Shown piece by piece: positions 19,120-31,400 of a stretch of 64,000 nt of DNA (positions within the stretch are counted from its first letter, which is position 1; every line of letters starts with the position of its first letter). The DNA comes from a virus. Location: IMG/VR virus record IMGVR_UViG_3300020477_001447, positions 36,744 through 100,743 of that record. The stretch is one strand, 5' to 3'. A program made the position numbers and the translations under genes. The notes beneath the pieces are model-generated. The model saw nothing but the letters and a program-made list of their open reading frames with translations, was not told the origin of the DNA and ran no database searches.

Positions 19120-22100
19120 ATGGCATCTCCTCCAATTACAACCCCTCCACCCACAACTAATGGTACCATGCCAGAAGTTAGATGGAGTCTTAAAAGCGTT
19201 AATCAGCCATACGAGGAAGCTGGTTTATACAAGGTTATTGTTCGCTCAACATCGAGAGACAAAGAGGGCACCCTTGAAGATTTTGTTACAATGTCCACTT
19301 TAGAGAGGGCGATTGATTTAGTTTATAATTTTTATGGCAAGATAGATATACCCGGAACCGATAGTTCCGGTGGTTCTGGGCATGCATCTAAAACTTTAAA
19401 AGAGAAAATTACACCAGAAAGTGCTATGGCCGGCTCAAACGTTGTAGCTATGACAGTGGTGGATCATTTTATTGATGATCGGCCAAACTCTGCTATAAAG
19501 CTTTTAATAACTTTTAGCAAGATGGCTATAGATCGAAAAGCCGATTATACTTTTGATCCATCTCAGATAGTCCATCAAAAACACTTTGAGTTTCAATCTT
19601 TAGAGAGACAGGTTAAGAAACTAAAAAAACTATTTATGGATTACCATAATGTTGCAAAATTTTTTGATGGAAGAATAAGCCCGTATATTAATTTTAAAAA
19701 AGAATATGAAAGGTTAGCGTCTTGGTATGACTCTCTTGTTGAGTTTGTCGAGTTTAACAACATAAGAAAAACATCAGATGAGAATGACACAATCATACTC
19801 AGCTTAGATGAAAATTATGGTCTATTACAAGTAGAGGTAATCCAGCAAGGGATAGCAAGCACCCTGCTTAGAGGGTACGATCATTATAAATCAAAAACTG
19901 CTCTAGGGAATGCAAGAACAAACGCACTTTCTTTGAATATTACAGAAATATCTAAAGTTCGTAAAGATCCTATAACTTGGAGTGAGTTTATAAAAAGGTA
20001 TTTTATCGCTGGATCATCAACAGAACAAATAAAGATTACTCACACGGGTCGCTCAAGAACACCGTCAGTGAGTGATGAAATGGCTGCGGAAGCTAATGAC
20101 AAAAATAAACTTTTTCAAACAGAGGCCGACGCGGAAGAAGAAAGGCGACAGATTAGGCTCAACACACAAAGGTCGCAGCGAATGTACAATGAAGCTGCAT
20201 CAGAAGCCGAAACAAGCCTTGAACAAGATCTAAGAAAAATTGCAAAAGAAATTAAGAAAATAAACAGTGCTGAAAAGCTAGTCCGTGACTTTATCATGAG
20301 GTACGGTATTGACAATCTTATTTCCGCTGGCTTAGAGTGTCTTGCTAGCCGCGCAGGAATAGATCCAGATAGTATTCCACCAATTCCGGGTATTGATCCA
20401 TATTCACTACCAACCCCCCCAACAGAGATTAAATTTCCAAAATTTCCAATGGAAATTCCAACATTTGATCCGGCTGCAGAAATACAAAAAGGAATAAAGG
20501 AGGGCATGAAAAAGGCCCTGGAGGAAGCTATCAAGGCAATGGTTAATGCAGTTGCAGACATGATTAGTGATATGTGTGCTGATAAGGATTATGGACAAGC
20601 AGAGCCATTATCATTGGCAATAACTGGTAATTTAACTCCAATAGAGGAAGACAAGGGCCCCGGCGCTTTAGATTCCTGTTTTGAAGATCACGGCATGACA
20701 AGAAACGAAGGAATCATGTTTGTTGATTCAGTATCTGATGTGCTGTCTCCAACGGAAGTTTGTGACTTGTTAAATGGCTCTCCCTCCACTAGTGTGATGG
20801 AAGCTATACTTGATATTGTTGGCCAGCAAAACTTAGAACTTAATTTTATGACAGAAGAGTCTGTTCTTGATTTCTTTGGCTGTCTCGGTGACTTAATAGA
20901 TCCGAGCTATTGCGATGCAATTTATAATCCTCCGATACTCCCAGCAGAGGTGGATCCTTGTTTGTTTGAAGATTCCCTCATTGATGCTCTCGGAGACGAA
21001 CAGGCATTTAATGATCTAAATGATCTATTAGATTTAATAAATAACGATGAACCAGTAACCGACCCAATGTCAATCTGTGAATCCGGTATAATTCCAGCAC
21101 TCAGTGGTATGCCTGCTATGGCTCACTCGATGGGCAAAGCTCTAGACGGAGTTTTGGGCCCCGCTCAGACTTCATTTATAAATGACGTTAGTGGGTTAAA
21201 GAGCCTGTATTTGAGGGTTGATAGAAGTCAACCTAATTTTGAATTGATTGAGCAGCTCGTTGCCGCTGGAGCCCTTAATACACCATCGGAAGAGGAGGAA
21301 GCAGCCCGAGAAGAAAAGATGAACTCTTTAAACAATTTCTTTGCGTTAGATGCTTTTGCTGGAAATGAAGACTTAGCCAACATTGCTTCTTTGGTGGAAC
21401 GTGGAAATAATGCAGTCATGGCTGGCGCAAAATTTGTGGTGCAAGCTCCAATACGAAGAACATTGCTAAACTTTGTAGAGGAAATTCAAACGCCTTGGAA
21501 TCCTGAGATTCCAAATTCATTTAATTGGGCCTTCTCTATCGGTACCGATTCTGATGATATTCATTTTGGTTCTCCAAACCTGATAGCAATACAGGACACT
21601 CAAAGCGGCGATACGATGTCTCATCCCGAAGGCATAGAGATTCCAGAGTTATACAACGCTAGCTACACAACCGCCAGAAATTTAACCGCTATGGAATTCG
21701 GTCAAAAGATTCGGGATTCATTATCTTCCCTTGGTGGCTCTTCCAGCGCAGCAGTGATGAATGATTTGGCAAATGTTGAATATTTCAATACAGTTTTATA
21801 CATGGCAGAGAGCGCAGCAGAAGGTATTCTTAATTCAGACCTGTTCGATTCAGAGGAGTTTAGAAAGTTTTCACTTGTTCCTGTGCCATGTCAAGACGGC
21901 ACAGAATTAAACGCTGCAGATCTTCTAGATATAGAGAATATTAAGCAGACAGCCTTAAACGACTTTTTTCAAGGCGCTTGTATTGAAGGGGATTATGAAA
22001 TTGGCCCCCTTGAAGATGCGATGATGTTCGCAGTGACAAATGTTTACATTCAGGTTTATGTTGTGGAGCAGTTGTTAAAGAACATATTCTTGTTTAACAC

Positions 22101-24507
22101 ATATGGAACAGCCGAAGTGCTGTCAGATCCGGTGTTATTAAAGAAGATGGTCGAAGATATAAAAAACAGCTTCTCTATCGAAGCAGAAAGAATATCACCA
22201 GAAGACCCGTCCTCAGTTGAGCCCTCTCTTCATACAACGATTGAAGAACTAAGCAAGATATATGTTAGAAAATTACTAGCTGCTCCACCAGAAAATAGTT
22301 TACCAGATTTAATTAACGAAGGGCAGTTTATTTTAATGGAACCATCCGAGGTCACAGCAGCCTTCGCGCTGGAATACATTGTTCAGAAAAGATTAAAGGA
22401 TGCTTCAGAGACAATAGGTGCTATCCTAACTGGTGGCTCTACCGCATCTTTTCATGGTCAATATTTAGCCAATGGTTTACCAACATCTGAGTTGTGGACC
22501 CCTAGAGACGGCACTTTAGAACTACAACAATCTTCAGGTGGCAATGGATACACTTACAAATACCTTCTTGATGTACCAATTGGGGCTGCTGACGAAGATT
22601 ACAGCCCTGAACTTCCAGCAGTGCCATCTTCTGGTTTGGGAATTGAAAGATACGTGTTGATGCACTTAAATGAAACACTTGTCTCTACACTGTCTGGGTT
22701 AGAACAATATATCATTAATAATATTATAATACCTGAACTTGGCCCTCACTTCCAACAACAGGCTGATCGCCGTCGTTATATTCTGTCTTTTGATGAATTT
22801 AGCACGTTTTTAACTCGCAGTGCTCAGTTCGCAGATGTTTCTGAAATATTAGATGAACTGCCGCCGGTAACCTTAGCCGCGGCTAATGGCTCTGGTGTTT
22901 CTAGAAAAGATATTAAGATTGACGAGAACAATTATGAAGCATTAAGGTTTATGTCAAATCTTATATCACACGAGATGGATGGCTCTACAGCGTTAATCGG
23001 ACCATTGAGAGATGCTACACAAACAGGCGATCAATACCCAGATCCCCTGACAGATCATGCAGAAAAATTATTCATACCAGAGAGTTTTTGGACAACCACA
23101 TATGGTCAACCGCGCGCAGACTGGACTGCCCCTCATTATATATACAACGATGATTTTGATGAAATGTCCGTTGGCTTCCCAGATAGTTGGGGAGAATATA
23201 ATCCATCTCTCGGCGCCGATCCTGCCACACCGAATGTACCAAGGAGGATTTACTTAACTCCTCCAAATAATGGAAACTGGGTCTCTAACGGCGTTGTTCA
23301 GTATAATCAGTTTAAATATTATTCCCCACAAGGACACGCAGAACAGGTGGACCCAAACGAAACCCAGCCTGCTGGCATTTTAAATTTCTGGTCTGCTGTA
23401 GAAAACTTCCCAGTCTTTTTAAGGGAAATTCCACTATCGGTCCTTCGCGATCTTAACAATCAGCCATCTATCGCGCCCAGTGGAGATTATCAGTTCTCTC
23501 AGACAGCGCCACCATTCTCAACTGTGTTCGAAAATATTCGTTTAGGCGCCAGATTAATTTATTATACGCCATACAAACAGTTCTCTGAATTAGAACCCCG
23601 CGGTTACTTTGAAACATATGGTCAAGATTTGACTCAGCAAGAACAGAAGTGGTTAGAGTATAGAACAGGTCCACCAATAAGGGGTGGCAATAACAAATAC
23701 ATTTTCCCAGTAGATATAGGGGCGTATGGTGCTATTCAGATTGCTGAAAACAGACAGGAGTTACTTGGCTCTTCATCAAATTACATATATGCCAAGTTTA
23801 GATCATCAAAGTCAGAACTGTATGAATCTTTAGCCTCGTCTGCTGGCTATCGAGATTTGTTTGTTAATGACTTGTATGGGTCTCCGATACTACCGGCAAG
23901 AGAAATAATTGCATTCTTTGCGTTACTAAGTCAAGCTGTGTCCGACAATAAATCTGCCGACATCAATAAAATGTTTGATGATACTAAGTTAAATTTAAGA
24001 TTTGTAATGCGCGCCTTATTAGCCGGCAATGATTATGCGTTTGAAGATCCGGAAGACCGATCTTCTGCGCAAGCAGCTCGCGATGCAGTTTTAGGCATTG
24101 TAGGCGCCGGCGCAGCTCCGTTTGCGCAAATGGGCGCGTCTTTTGTACTTAAAATGTTGATAGAAACTCCAAAAATGATTGTTAAAGGGTTGGCTGAAAT
24201 ATTAGACCCTCACGTTGTAATAGGTACACAGATAAGAAATATAACAGGTCCAATATTACAATCAATACCATCCTCTTTGCCGTTTGATGAACTGCTGCAG
24301 CTGCTGCAAGAGGAGATAGAGACGAAAGCAGACCAAGATGGAATTCCAGGGCCGCTAGTACCTCAAATTAAAAAGACGGGTATAGACATGGTTGGCAAAT
24401 TACCATTACTGTTTTTGCCGCCACCAACACCGCTTGGGATACTTTATATCTTGTTAAATATGAATTTAGAAGACCTAATTGAATTGCCAGATTGTGATTC
24501 GGAGTAA
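19120..24507 (+). CDS. Large (1795 aa) acidic putative virion/baseplate-associated protein
   Basis: Long ORF between the spike-like gene and gp25; no recognisable catalytic motif. Confidence 0.6.
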   Translation: MASPPITTPPPTTNGTMPEVRWSLKSVNQPYEEAGLYKVIVRSTSRDKEGTLEDFVTMSTLERAIDLVYNFYGKIDIPGTDSSGGSGHASKTLKEKITPESAMAGSNVVAMTVVDHFIDDRPNSAIKLLITFSKMAIDRKADYTFDPSQIVHQKHFEFQSLERQVKKLKKLFMDYHNVAKFFDGRISPYINFKKEYERLASWYDSLVEFVEFNNIRKTSDENDTIILSLDENYGLLQVEVIQQGIASTLLRGYDHYKSKTALGNARTNALSLNITEISKVRKDPITWSEFIKRYFIAGSSTEQIKITHTGRSRTPSVSDEMAAEANDKNKLFQTEADAEEERRQIRLNTQRSQRMYNEAASEAETSLEQDLRKIAKEIKKINSAEKLVRDFIMRYGIDNLISAGLECLASRAGIDPDSIPPIPGIDPYSLPTPPTEIKFPKFPMEIPTFDPAAEIQKGIKEGMKKALEEAIKAMVNAVADMISDMCADKDYGQAEPLSLAITGNLTPIEEDKGPGALDSCFEDHGMTRNEGIMFVDSVSDVLSPTEVCDLLNGSPSTSVMEAILDIVGQQNLELNFMTEESVLDFFGCLGDLIDPSYCDAIYNPPILPAEVDPCLFEDSLIDALGDEQAFNDLNDLLDLINNDEPVTDPMSICESGIIPALSGMPAMAHSMGKALDGVLGPAQTSFINDVSGLKSLYLRVDRSQPNFELIEQLVAAGALNTPSEEEEAAREEKMNSLNNFFALDAFAGNEDLANIASLVERGNNAVMAGAKFVVQAPIRRTLLNFVEEIQTPWNPEIPNSFNWAFSIGTDSDDIHFGSPNLIAIQDTQSGDTMSHPEGIEIPELYNASYTTARNLTAMEFGQKIRDSLSSLGGSSSAAVMNDLANVEYFNTVLYMAESAAEGILNSDLFDSEEFRKFSLVPVPCQDGTELNAADLLDIENIKQTALNDFFQGACIEGDYEIGPLEDAMMFAVTNVYIQVYVVEQLLKNIFLFNTYGTAEVLSDPVLLKKMVEDIKNSFSIEAERISPEDPSSVEPSLHTTIEELSKIYVRKLLAAPPENSLPDLINEGQFILMEPSEVTAAFALEYIVQKRLKDASETIGAILTGGSTASFHGQYLANGLPTSELWTPRDGTLELQQSSGGNGYTYKYLLDVPIGAADEDYSPELPAVPSSGLGIERYVLMHLNETLVSTLSGLEQYIINNIIIPELGPHFQQQADRRRYILSFDEFSTFLTRSAQFADVSEILDELPPVTLAAANGSGVSRKDIKIDENNYEALRFMSNLISHEMDGSTALIGPLRDATQTGDQYPDPLTDHAEKLFIPESFWTTTYGQPRADWTAPHYIYNDDFDEMSVGFPDSWGEYNPSLGADPATPNVPRRIYLTPPNNGNWVSNGVVQYNQFKYYSPQGHAEQVDPNETQPAGILNFWSAVENFPVFLREIPLSVLRDLNNQPSIAPSGDYQFSQTAPPFSTVFENIRLGARLIYYTPYKQFSELEPRGYFETYGQDLTQQEQKWLEYRTGPPIRGGNNKYIFPVDIGAYGAIQIAENRQELLGSSSNYIYAKFRSSKSELYESLASSAGYRDLFVNDLYGSPILPAREIIAFFALLSQAVSDNKSADINKMFDDTKLNLRFVMRALLAGNDYAFEDPEDRSSAQAARDAVLGIVGAGAAPFAQMGASFVLKMLIETPKMIVKGLAEILDPHVVIGTQIRNITGPILQSIPSSLPFDELLQLLQEEIETKADQDGIPGPLVPQIKKTGIDMVGKLPLLFLPPPTPLGILYILLNMNLEDLIELPDCDSE

Positions 24508-24555
24508 GAATGAGTAAATTAATTCAACCTTTAACTAAATATAACAGGTAAAGTT

Positions 24556-24951
24556 ATGAAAGGTTTATCACCAAAATTTCCACTTGTTTTGAACACGGCT
24601 GAAATTACATATCAGCTTAATGTCTCGTACAAGGAGATGATCGCACAAAATTTAAAGAATTTATTGTTAACAAGTCCAGGCGAACGAGTCATGGAGCCAA
24701 ACTTCGGTGTTGGTTTAAGAAATTACTTTTTCGAACCTCTGTTACCAGAAACTCTCATCCAGATAAGAGAAAATGTATACTCTCAGGTAGGAACGTACAT
24801 GCCGTTTGTTGAGATAATAGATGTTGAGTTTTTTGAATCAGATGATGTTGGAGCGAACCCTAATATGCTTTCTGTAAAAATTATGTATGCAATAACTCCT
24901 TTACAAGAGGTGGACACGCTTAGCATAAATAATGATTTTTTAACTTCTTAA
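24556..24951 (+). CDS. gp25: Baseplate wedge subunit, gp25-like
   Basis: QNLKNLLLTSPGERVMEPNFGVGLRNYFFEP is the gp25/GPW signature. Confidence 0.92.
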   Translation: MKGLSPKFPLVLNTAEITYQLNVSYKEMIAQNLKNLLLTSPGERVMEPNFGVGLRNYFFEPLLPETLIQIRENVYSQVGTYMPFVEIIDVEFFESDDVGANPNMLSVKIMYAITPLQEVDTLSINNDFLTS

Positions 24952-24965
24952 CGGGAAACTAACTT

Positions 24966-26762
24966 ATGGCTAAAAAAATTAAATCAATTGATTATACAAG
25001 CAGAGACTTTGAGTCTATTAGGCAAGACTTAATCAATTATACAAAAAAATACTATCCTGACTCTTTTAAGGACTTTAATGAGGCTGGGTTTGGAGCATTG
25101 ATGCTCGATAGTGTTGCTTATGTTGGCGATATGCTTTCTTTCTACTTGGATTATCAAGCAAATGAAAGCTTTCTAGAAACATCGATGGAATATGCGAACA
25201 TTGTCAAACACGGAAGACAGATGGGGTACAAATACCCAGGAGTACCTTCTTCTTCTGGGTTAGTTTCTTTGTATATTACAGTACCGGCCAACGCAGACGG
25301 CACCGGCCCAGACATGTCATATGTCCCAACTCTTCTTAAAGGAACCCAGTTTACGTCTTTAAATGGTAGCATTTATACATTAATGGAAGATGTTTATTTT
25401 GGAAATGCGACCAACGAAGTGGTTGTATCAACTGTGGACTCCTCCACTGGCGTACCGACAAATTTTGCTATTAAAACATCAGGCTTAGCCATTTCTGGTC
25501 GTTTAATATCGCAAGAAGAGACAGTGGGTGATTTTCAAAAATTCTTGCGCATAGGATTGAACAACCCAAATGCTACTGAAATTGTTTCATGTGTTGACTC
25601 CGAAGGTCATGAATATTTTGAAGTGGATCATCTTTCTCAAAATGTTATTTACAAAGCAATACGAAACAACAATCAACATAGAAAATCCACACCATCAATC
25701 CTCAAAGCAGTCCCTGTACCTAGAAGGTTTGTTTTAGAGAGATCCCCAGGTGTAGCATTCCTTCAGTTTGGCTACGGTAGTGATAATGAATTAGTAAATT
25801 CCAGTGTTGTTGATCCAGCAAACATTGTAATGAACATTCATGGTCGCGACTATTCTGTAGATGAAGCTTTTGACCCAACAAAACTTACTGCTACTGATAA
25901 GTTTGGAATAGTTCCATCGAACACAACGCTTAATATAGTTTTTAGAGCTAACGCATCAACAGATGTTAATGCTAGTGTTGGCACAATTAACGGAGTTTCT
26001 TTGCCGCTATTTAAATTTACAAACCAGGGCGCCCTAAATGCAGGTTTAAGAACTACAGTTCGTGGTTCTTTGGAGGTTTTGAATGAGGAACCTTTTGTTG
26101 GGGACGTTGCTGTGCCTAGTGGTACAGAACTTAAACAAAGAATGTATAGTTTTTATGCAACTCAGAATCGCGCAGTCACTGCTGAAGACTACAAGAGCAT
26201 GGTTTATGCAATGCCCGGACGTTTCGGGGCTGTAAAGAAATGCTCTGTTTCTCGGGATTTTGATTCTTTTAAGAGAAACTTAAACTTGTATGTTGTCTCT
26301 GTTGATTCGAATAATAAATTAAGTCTAGCCAACACAACAATAAAAAATAATATTAAAACTTGGCTAAATCGGTATAAAATGATAAATGACACTGTTGACA
26401 TATTAGATGCTAAGATTGTTAATTTTGGTATCAAGTTTATTGTTGTCGCAGACTATGAAGAAAACAAGTATGATGTTTTGAATCGGGCAACTGCAGCTTT
26501 GAAAGAACACTTTTTAACAAATAGCTTTGATATTGGAGAGCCTATTTATATTACAGACATTTATAAGGCCCTACAAAAAGTGAAAGGTGTCGTAGATGTG
26601 GTTGACGTTATAGTTGTGCAGAAGCGTGGTGGTGTATATTCAAACACAACCTATGACTTCGAAGCAGCAATATCCAACGACGGAAGAAAGATTTTAGCAG
26701 AAGAGGATCTTGTGTTTGAATTGAAATATAGAAATACAGACATTGTAGGAAGCGTTTCATAA
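24966..26762 (+). CDS. gp6: Baseplate wedge subunit, T4 gp6-like
   Basis: DYTSRDFESIRQDL, AYVGDMLSFYLDYQANESFL, LQFG.G, TQNRAVTAEDY. Confidence 0.92.
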   Translation: MAKKIKSIDYTSRDFESIRQDLINYTKKYYPDSFKDFNEAGFGALMLDSVAYVGDMLSFYLDYQANESFLETSMEYANIVKHGRQMGYKYPGVPSSSGLVSLYITVPANADGTGPDMSYVPTLLKGTQFTSLNGSIYTLMEDVYFGNATNEVVVSTVDSSTGVPTNFAIKTSGLAISGRLISQEETVGDFQKFLRIGLNNPNATEIVSCVDSEGHEYFEVDHLSQNVIYKAIRNNNQHRKSTPSILKAVPVPRRFVLERSPGVAFLQFGYGSDNELVNSSVVDPANIVMNIHGRDYSVDEAFDPTKLTATDKFGIVPSNTTLNIVFRANASTDVNASVGTINGVSLPLFKFTNQGALNAGLRTTVRGSLEVLNEEPFVGDVAVPSGTELKQRMYSFYATQNRAVTAEDYKSMVYAMPGRFGAVKKCSVSRDFDSFKRNLNLYVVSVDSNNKLSLANTTIKNNIKTWLNRYKMINDTVDILDAKIVNFGIKFIVVADYEENKYDVLNRATAALKEHFLTNSFDIGEPIYITDIYKALQKVKGVVDVVDVIVVQKRGGVYSNTTYDFEAAISNDGRKILAEEDLVFELKYRNTDIVGSVS

Positions 26763-28408
26763 TGGCCATTAAAAGATATAAAGCAAGTAAAGATACAACC
26801 ATATCAAACTCATATGATTTTTCCCTCTTGCCTAGAAATAGAGCAACTGGTTCGAACATGGGTGCTGCAGACACTCTAGAAATCTTTTCGATATATGGCC
26901 AAGTATCTTCATCGGGCAAGCAAGAGGCAGTTGGCCTGTCGTCAGAACTTTCCAGAGTTTTGATTGGCTTCCCAGTTAGTGGATCAACAGAAACAATTGG
27001 GTCTGACCGAAATGCTGGAAAAATTCCTGTCTCTGGGAACGTAAAGTTCTTTTTGCGAATGTTTAATGCAAAGCATGCAGCCACAACTCCAAGAAACATT
27101 AAATTAGTTGTTGCAGCTGTATCAGCCAGTGCCGACTGGGAAGAGGGAACTGGCATAGATTTAGATGAGTATAAAGACAAAACTCATGACGAAGAGGGCG
27201 CAAACTGGATTAGATACGCATCTAATAAATCTTGGGACCGCCCCGGCGGAACATTTTATATTGATAGTACCTCTTCATACACCACAACTTTAGAAAAGGG
27301 CGACGAGGATATTGAACTTGATGTTACATCTATAGTTGAATATTGGCTCAAACCAGAGGGCAATGCCCAGCGCCGTGAAAATCGCGGCTTCGCAGTTTTT
27401 CTTACTTCAAGCCAGGAAGCATATCACTCTGCCTCAAAGGGTTATAACCTAAGTTTATTTCAGGGTCAGGGCGCAACAGGCTCTGTAATCCACAACCCTG
27501 CCGGTGCAAAAAGATCGTATTATACAAAGAAGTTTTTTGCACGGACATCTGAATTCTTTTTCAAACAGCCCGTTCTTGAAGCTCGATGGGATAGCACAGT
27601 TAAGGACAGGAGAGGTGATTGCCACTATAGTAGCTCTATGGTATCAGCTCAAGACAATTTAAACACAATCTATCTTTATAACTATGTTCGAGGTCGTCTG
27701 CAAAACATTCCATCGATAGGGACCGGTGAGATTTTTGTTACTTTGTATTCTGGATCTGCAGACAATAATTCACCTTCAATTAACACAATTAAATTACCAC
27801 AAGGTGGAGGTGTTTCCGGACCTGCGCACACATTAATCACGGGTGGGTATGTATCTACTGGTATATATTCTGCTTCATTTGCTATCACAGCCGCATCTAA
27901 CCCGCTAAGTAGGGTTTTTGATGTTTGGCATAGCGAGATTCCCATCGGAGAGGCACAGCCCGCTACGGAATTCTGGACAGGAAGCATAAACGTAAAAGCC
28001 TTTAAGTCTTACACGAATGCTCCGAGTTTTGAATATGTAACTGCAATACCAAATCTTAAAGCATCCTATTCAAAAACAGAGGTAGCTAGATTTAGACTCT
28101 ATGTCAGAGATAAAGACTGGAATCCAAACATATACACAAAGGCGACCAATACTCCCGATAATACTATTATTGAAAGTGGATCGTTTAAGGTGGTAAGATT
28201 ACAGGATAACCTCAATGTCATTAGTTATGGCACGGGATCAAACAGGCACACTCATACTTCCTTTGATGTGTCTGGAAATTATTTTGATTTGGACATGGAT
28301 CTCCTACAAGAAGACTACACGTATGGAATAAAACTCGCCTACTACAATGATCACATTGGTGGGTGGACTGAACAACCGGAAATTTTTAAATTTAGAGTTG
28401 AAGACTAA
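26762..28408 (+). CDS. Putative baseplate/virion structural protein (beta-rich)
   Basis: Translationally coupled between gp6 and the giant wedge protein; S/T/G-rich. Confidence 0.65.
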   Translation: MAIKRYKASKDTTISNSYDFSLLPRNRATGSNMGAADTLEIFSIYGQVSSSGKQEAVGLSSELSRVLIGFPVSGSTETIGSDRNAGKIPVSGNVKFFLRMFNAKHAATTPRNIKLVVAAVSASADWEEGTGIDLDEYKDKTHDEEGANWIRYASNKSWDRPGGTFYIDSTSSYTTTLEKGDEDIELDVTSIVEYWLKPEGNAQRRENRGFAVFLTSSQEAYHSASKGYNLSLFQGQGATGSVIHNPAGAKRSYYTKKFFARTSEFFFKQPVLEARWDSTVKDRRGDCHYSSSMVSAQDNLNTIYLYNYVRGRLQNIPSIGTGEIFVTLYSGSADNNSPSINTIKLPQGGGVSGPAHTLITGGYVSTGIYSASFAITAASNPLSRVFDVWHSEIPIGEAQPATEFWTGSINVKAFKSYTNAPSFEYVTAIPNLKASYSKTEVARFRLYVRDKDWNPNIYTKATNTPDNTIIESGSFKVVRLQDNLNVISYGTGSNRHTHTSFDVSGNYFDLDMDLLQEDYTYGIKLAYYNDHIGGWTEQPEIFKFRVED

Positions 28409-31400
28409 TGAGTATTAAACATCTTTTTGATAAAGTAAACGTTGATAAAAGTGCTGCCGGATTAAACTCCGAAGAACTTGGTGGTGAAGTTGAATCTTCA
28501 CGTTATCACGATGCTAAAATCGTAAAAGATGATAGAATCATACCGCAAATTGATTTCTCAAAACCAGAAAACTTTGCATTTTATGGCTCAGCTGAGCGAT
28601 ATTATGATGATGCAATCAAAAACATATATCAGACCTATCCATATGATGGATCACTATACGAGAAATTAGACTGGGAAAATAGTGCATCTTATGTTGATCT
28701 GTATGTTTTTGAGAATCTCTATCCAAGAACAAATGGATATATTAGATTTGACCGTGATGGTGCAGACAGTCCTAGCAATATTGCAGTGGGCTATGGTGTT
28801 TTTAGTACAGCAGACCAAGAATATATTACAATAAAAGGTGGCCCAGGTATCGGTGGTGGCCCTCAGTCTGCAGCTGCAAACATATATGATACAGGCTCAT
28901 TCCGTGAATCTAATTTAAAACTTGATCCAGTTGAGGGTACAACTGTTGAGTTCTGGTTGAAAAAAAAGGCGTTCAACTTAAGCAGAACTAGAAAAGAAGT
29001 TCTCTTTGATCTTTGGAACGGAGAACACTCATCAAGTGCTGGTTACGGTCGCTTAACTATTGAACTGACTGGTGCTCAATACAGTCAAGCTACAACAACT
29101 TCCGGAAGGGCTTTCCGGGTCACTTATCAGTCGGGTAACCTTACTACAGCCAGAGCCCCAACACATGGATTTCAAAACCAACCAATCGGTACTACAGGCG
29201 CTCTAACTTCTTCTGTTGCAGATAACAATTGGCACCATTATGCTTTCTCTTTCTTATCTGCGTCTACGGGTATAAGAACTAGACTTTATATTGACGGAGA
29301 CTTAAACGAAGAAAAAATTCTAGGTACAAACGGAGCCAAAGAGATAACAGGCTCTTTAATTGCTAGAATTGGTGCATTGCGAACAGCACCATCCGGTGCG
29401 ATTGGCTTTCACGGAGCCACTGATCTTGCCGGCGCCGGAAAACTTTCTGGTTCTATAGATGAGTTCAGGTATTGGAAAACACAACGTTCTTCAAAAGAAG
29501 TTGGTAGACATTGGTTTACTCAAGTTGGTGGTGGCACAAACACTGATCCGGCCAATACAAAATTGGGCGTTTACTATAAATTTAATGAAGGGATTGTTGG
29601 TACCAGCACAGACGAAATAGTTTTAGATTATTCTGGTCGAGTAACAAATGGTGCATGGACTGGCTACATTGCTGGAGCAAGGGAAACTGGATCAGCCATA
29701 AACGAAGCCACAACAACAAATCAAGAATTTTTAGATCCTATTCTTTATAGAAACCACCCCTCAGTTAATTCTTTAATCTCCAAGATGCGTCTGTCTGGAT
29801 CAACTCATGACCATCTAAATGCAACCTCTTTCTTTAGCTCTGTCCCAAGTTGGATGCAGGAAGAGGATAGGAAGTCTGGTGATTTACTAAAAGACCTAAC
29901 TCAAATCATGTCAAGTTACTTTGACACAATGCATATGCAGATTTCAGAGTTACCAAATATTAAAAATTATGGGTATATAAGTGGCTCCTCTAAGCCAAAC
30001 AATTTTAATAAAAACCTTCTGAACTCCCAAGGACTCCTAGCGCCAGAGATTTTTATTGACTCAGAAATTATAGAACGTTTAGCTTCTAGGAATGAAGATG
30101 AAACATACGATAAGTCTTTAGAGTACACTAAGAATCTAATATATAAGAACATTTACAATAACTTATCTTACATTTACAAGTCAAAGGGTACCGAGAAGTC
30201 TTTCCGAAACTTAATTCGCTGCTTTGGTATTGACGATGAGATAATAAAGCTAAACACTTATGGCAACAACGTTACCCACAAGATCCGAGACAACTATAGA
30301 CTAGTTTCTACTCCAAAGAAGTATATTGATTTTAATGACAATAATAGATTTGAGGGAACTGTATATCAGATGTCCTCAAGTAAGAACCAAAATAGTTATT
30401 CTTATATCGATGCGGCAAAACAACTAACAGGCGGTTATGGATTTACTTTACAAACTGAAGTTATCTTTCCAAAGAAGGCACCACAAACGGACCCCTTATA
30501 TCCTAGGCAAAGATATCCTGAACTAACGGCGTCATTGTTCGGTGTACACACGGCAAGAACTTCCTCAACAAACACAGTCAATACTCAGTGGGCTGAACCA
30601 GATGTTGTTAACTTTCAGGTCCACGCTGTTCGCGATGAAGTTGAATCAAACAATATACGGTTTATTTTAACAGGCAGTGCAGATGGTTACTTCCCTGAAT
30701 TATCGAGTAGTCTCTACGAGGATGCTTATGATAATACTAGATGGAACTTGGCAGTAAGAGTTAAGCCAGCAAAATTCCCACACGCAGATTCTGTACACGG
30801 CACCACTGGTTCTTTCTCTGGTGTAAGTCAAAACTTTAGCAGGTATTATACTGTAGAACTTTACGGTAACCAAACTGAATTTGGTACCATACAAAATGAA
30901 TTTACAGTCACAGGAAACATAGATTTAGCAGGGTTAAATCCTGCATCATCTGCAGACCAGTTTATTTACGGCGCCCGCCGTATATATATCGGCGCTCACA
31001 GAACGAACTTTACTGGCGCTGTTTTACAAAAAACTGATGCAAAGATTTCTTCGTGCCGGTTCTGGCTAGATTATTTGGATGATGAAACACTCCGCGCGCA
31101 CGCTAGAGATGTTGGCAACTATGGTGCTAAACACCCATATCGAAACGCTTACTCATTTGAAGGAAAATCAATTTATAACTCCTCAAAGACTTTGGTTGGT
31201 CGAGGGCGAAACTTTGAAGTACCACAAATTGAAACACTAGCATTAAACTGGGACTTTAATCAAGTCACTGGTTCGGATGCTAGCGGTGAGTTTACTGTTG
31301 TTGACTTCTCTTCTGGTTCTGCTAACAAGAGAACAAGATATGGCTGGATAGGTGATATCACAAAAGCTCAGTATACAGCTAGGGGAACTGGTTTTGGTAC

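Noticed and set aside
19120-24507. 1795-aa ORF as tape measure protein
   Set aside because: It is acidic and Pro/Cys-containing, without the long Ala/Gly-rich helical repeat pattern; cannot be supported.
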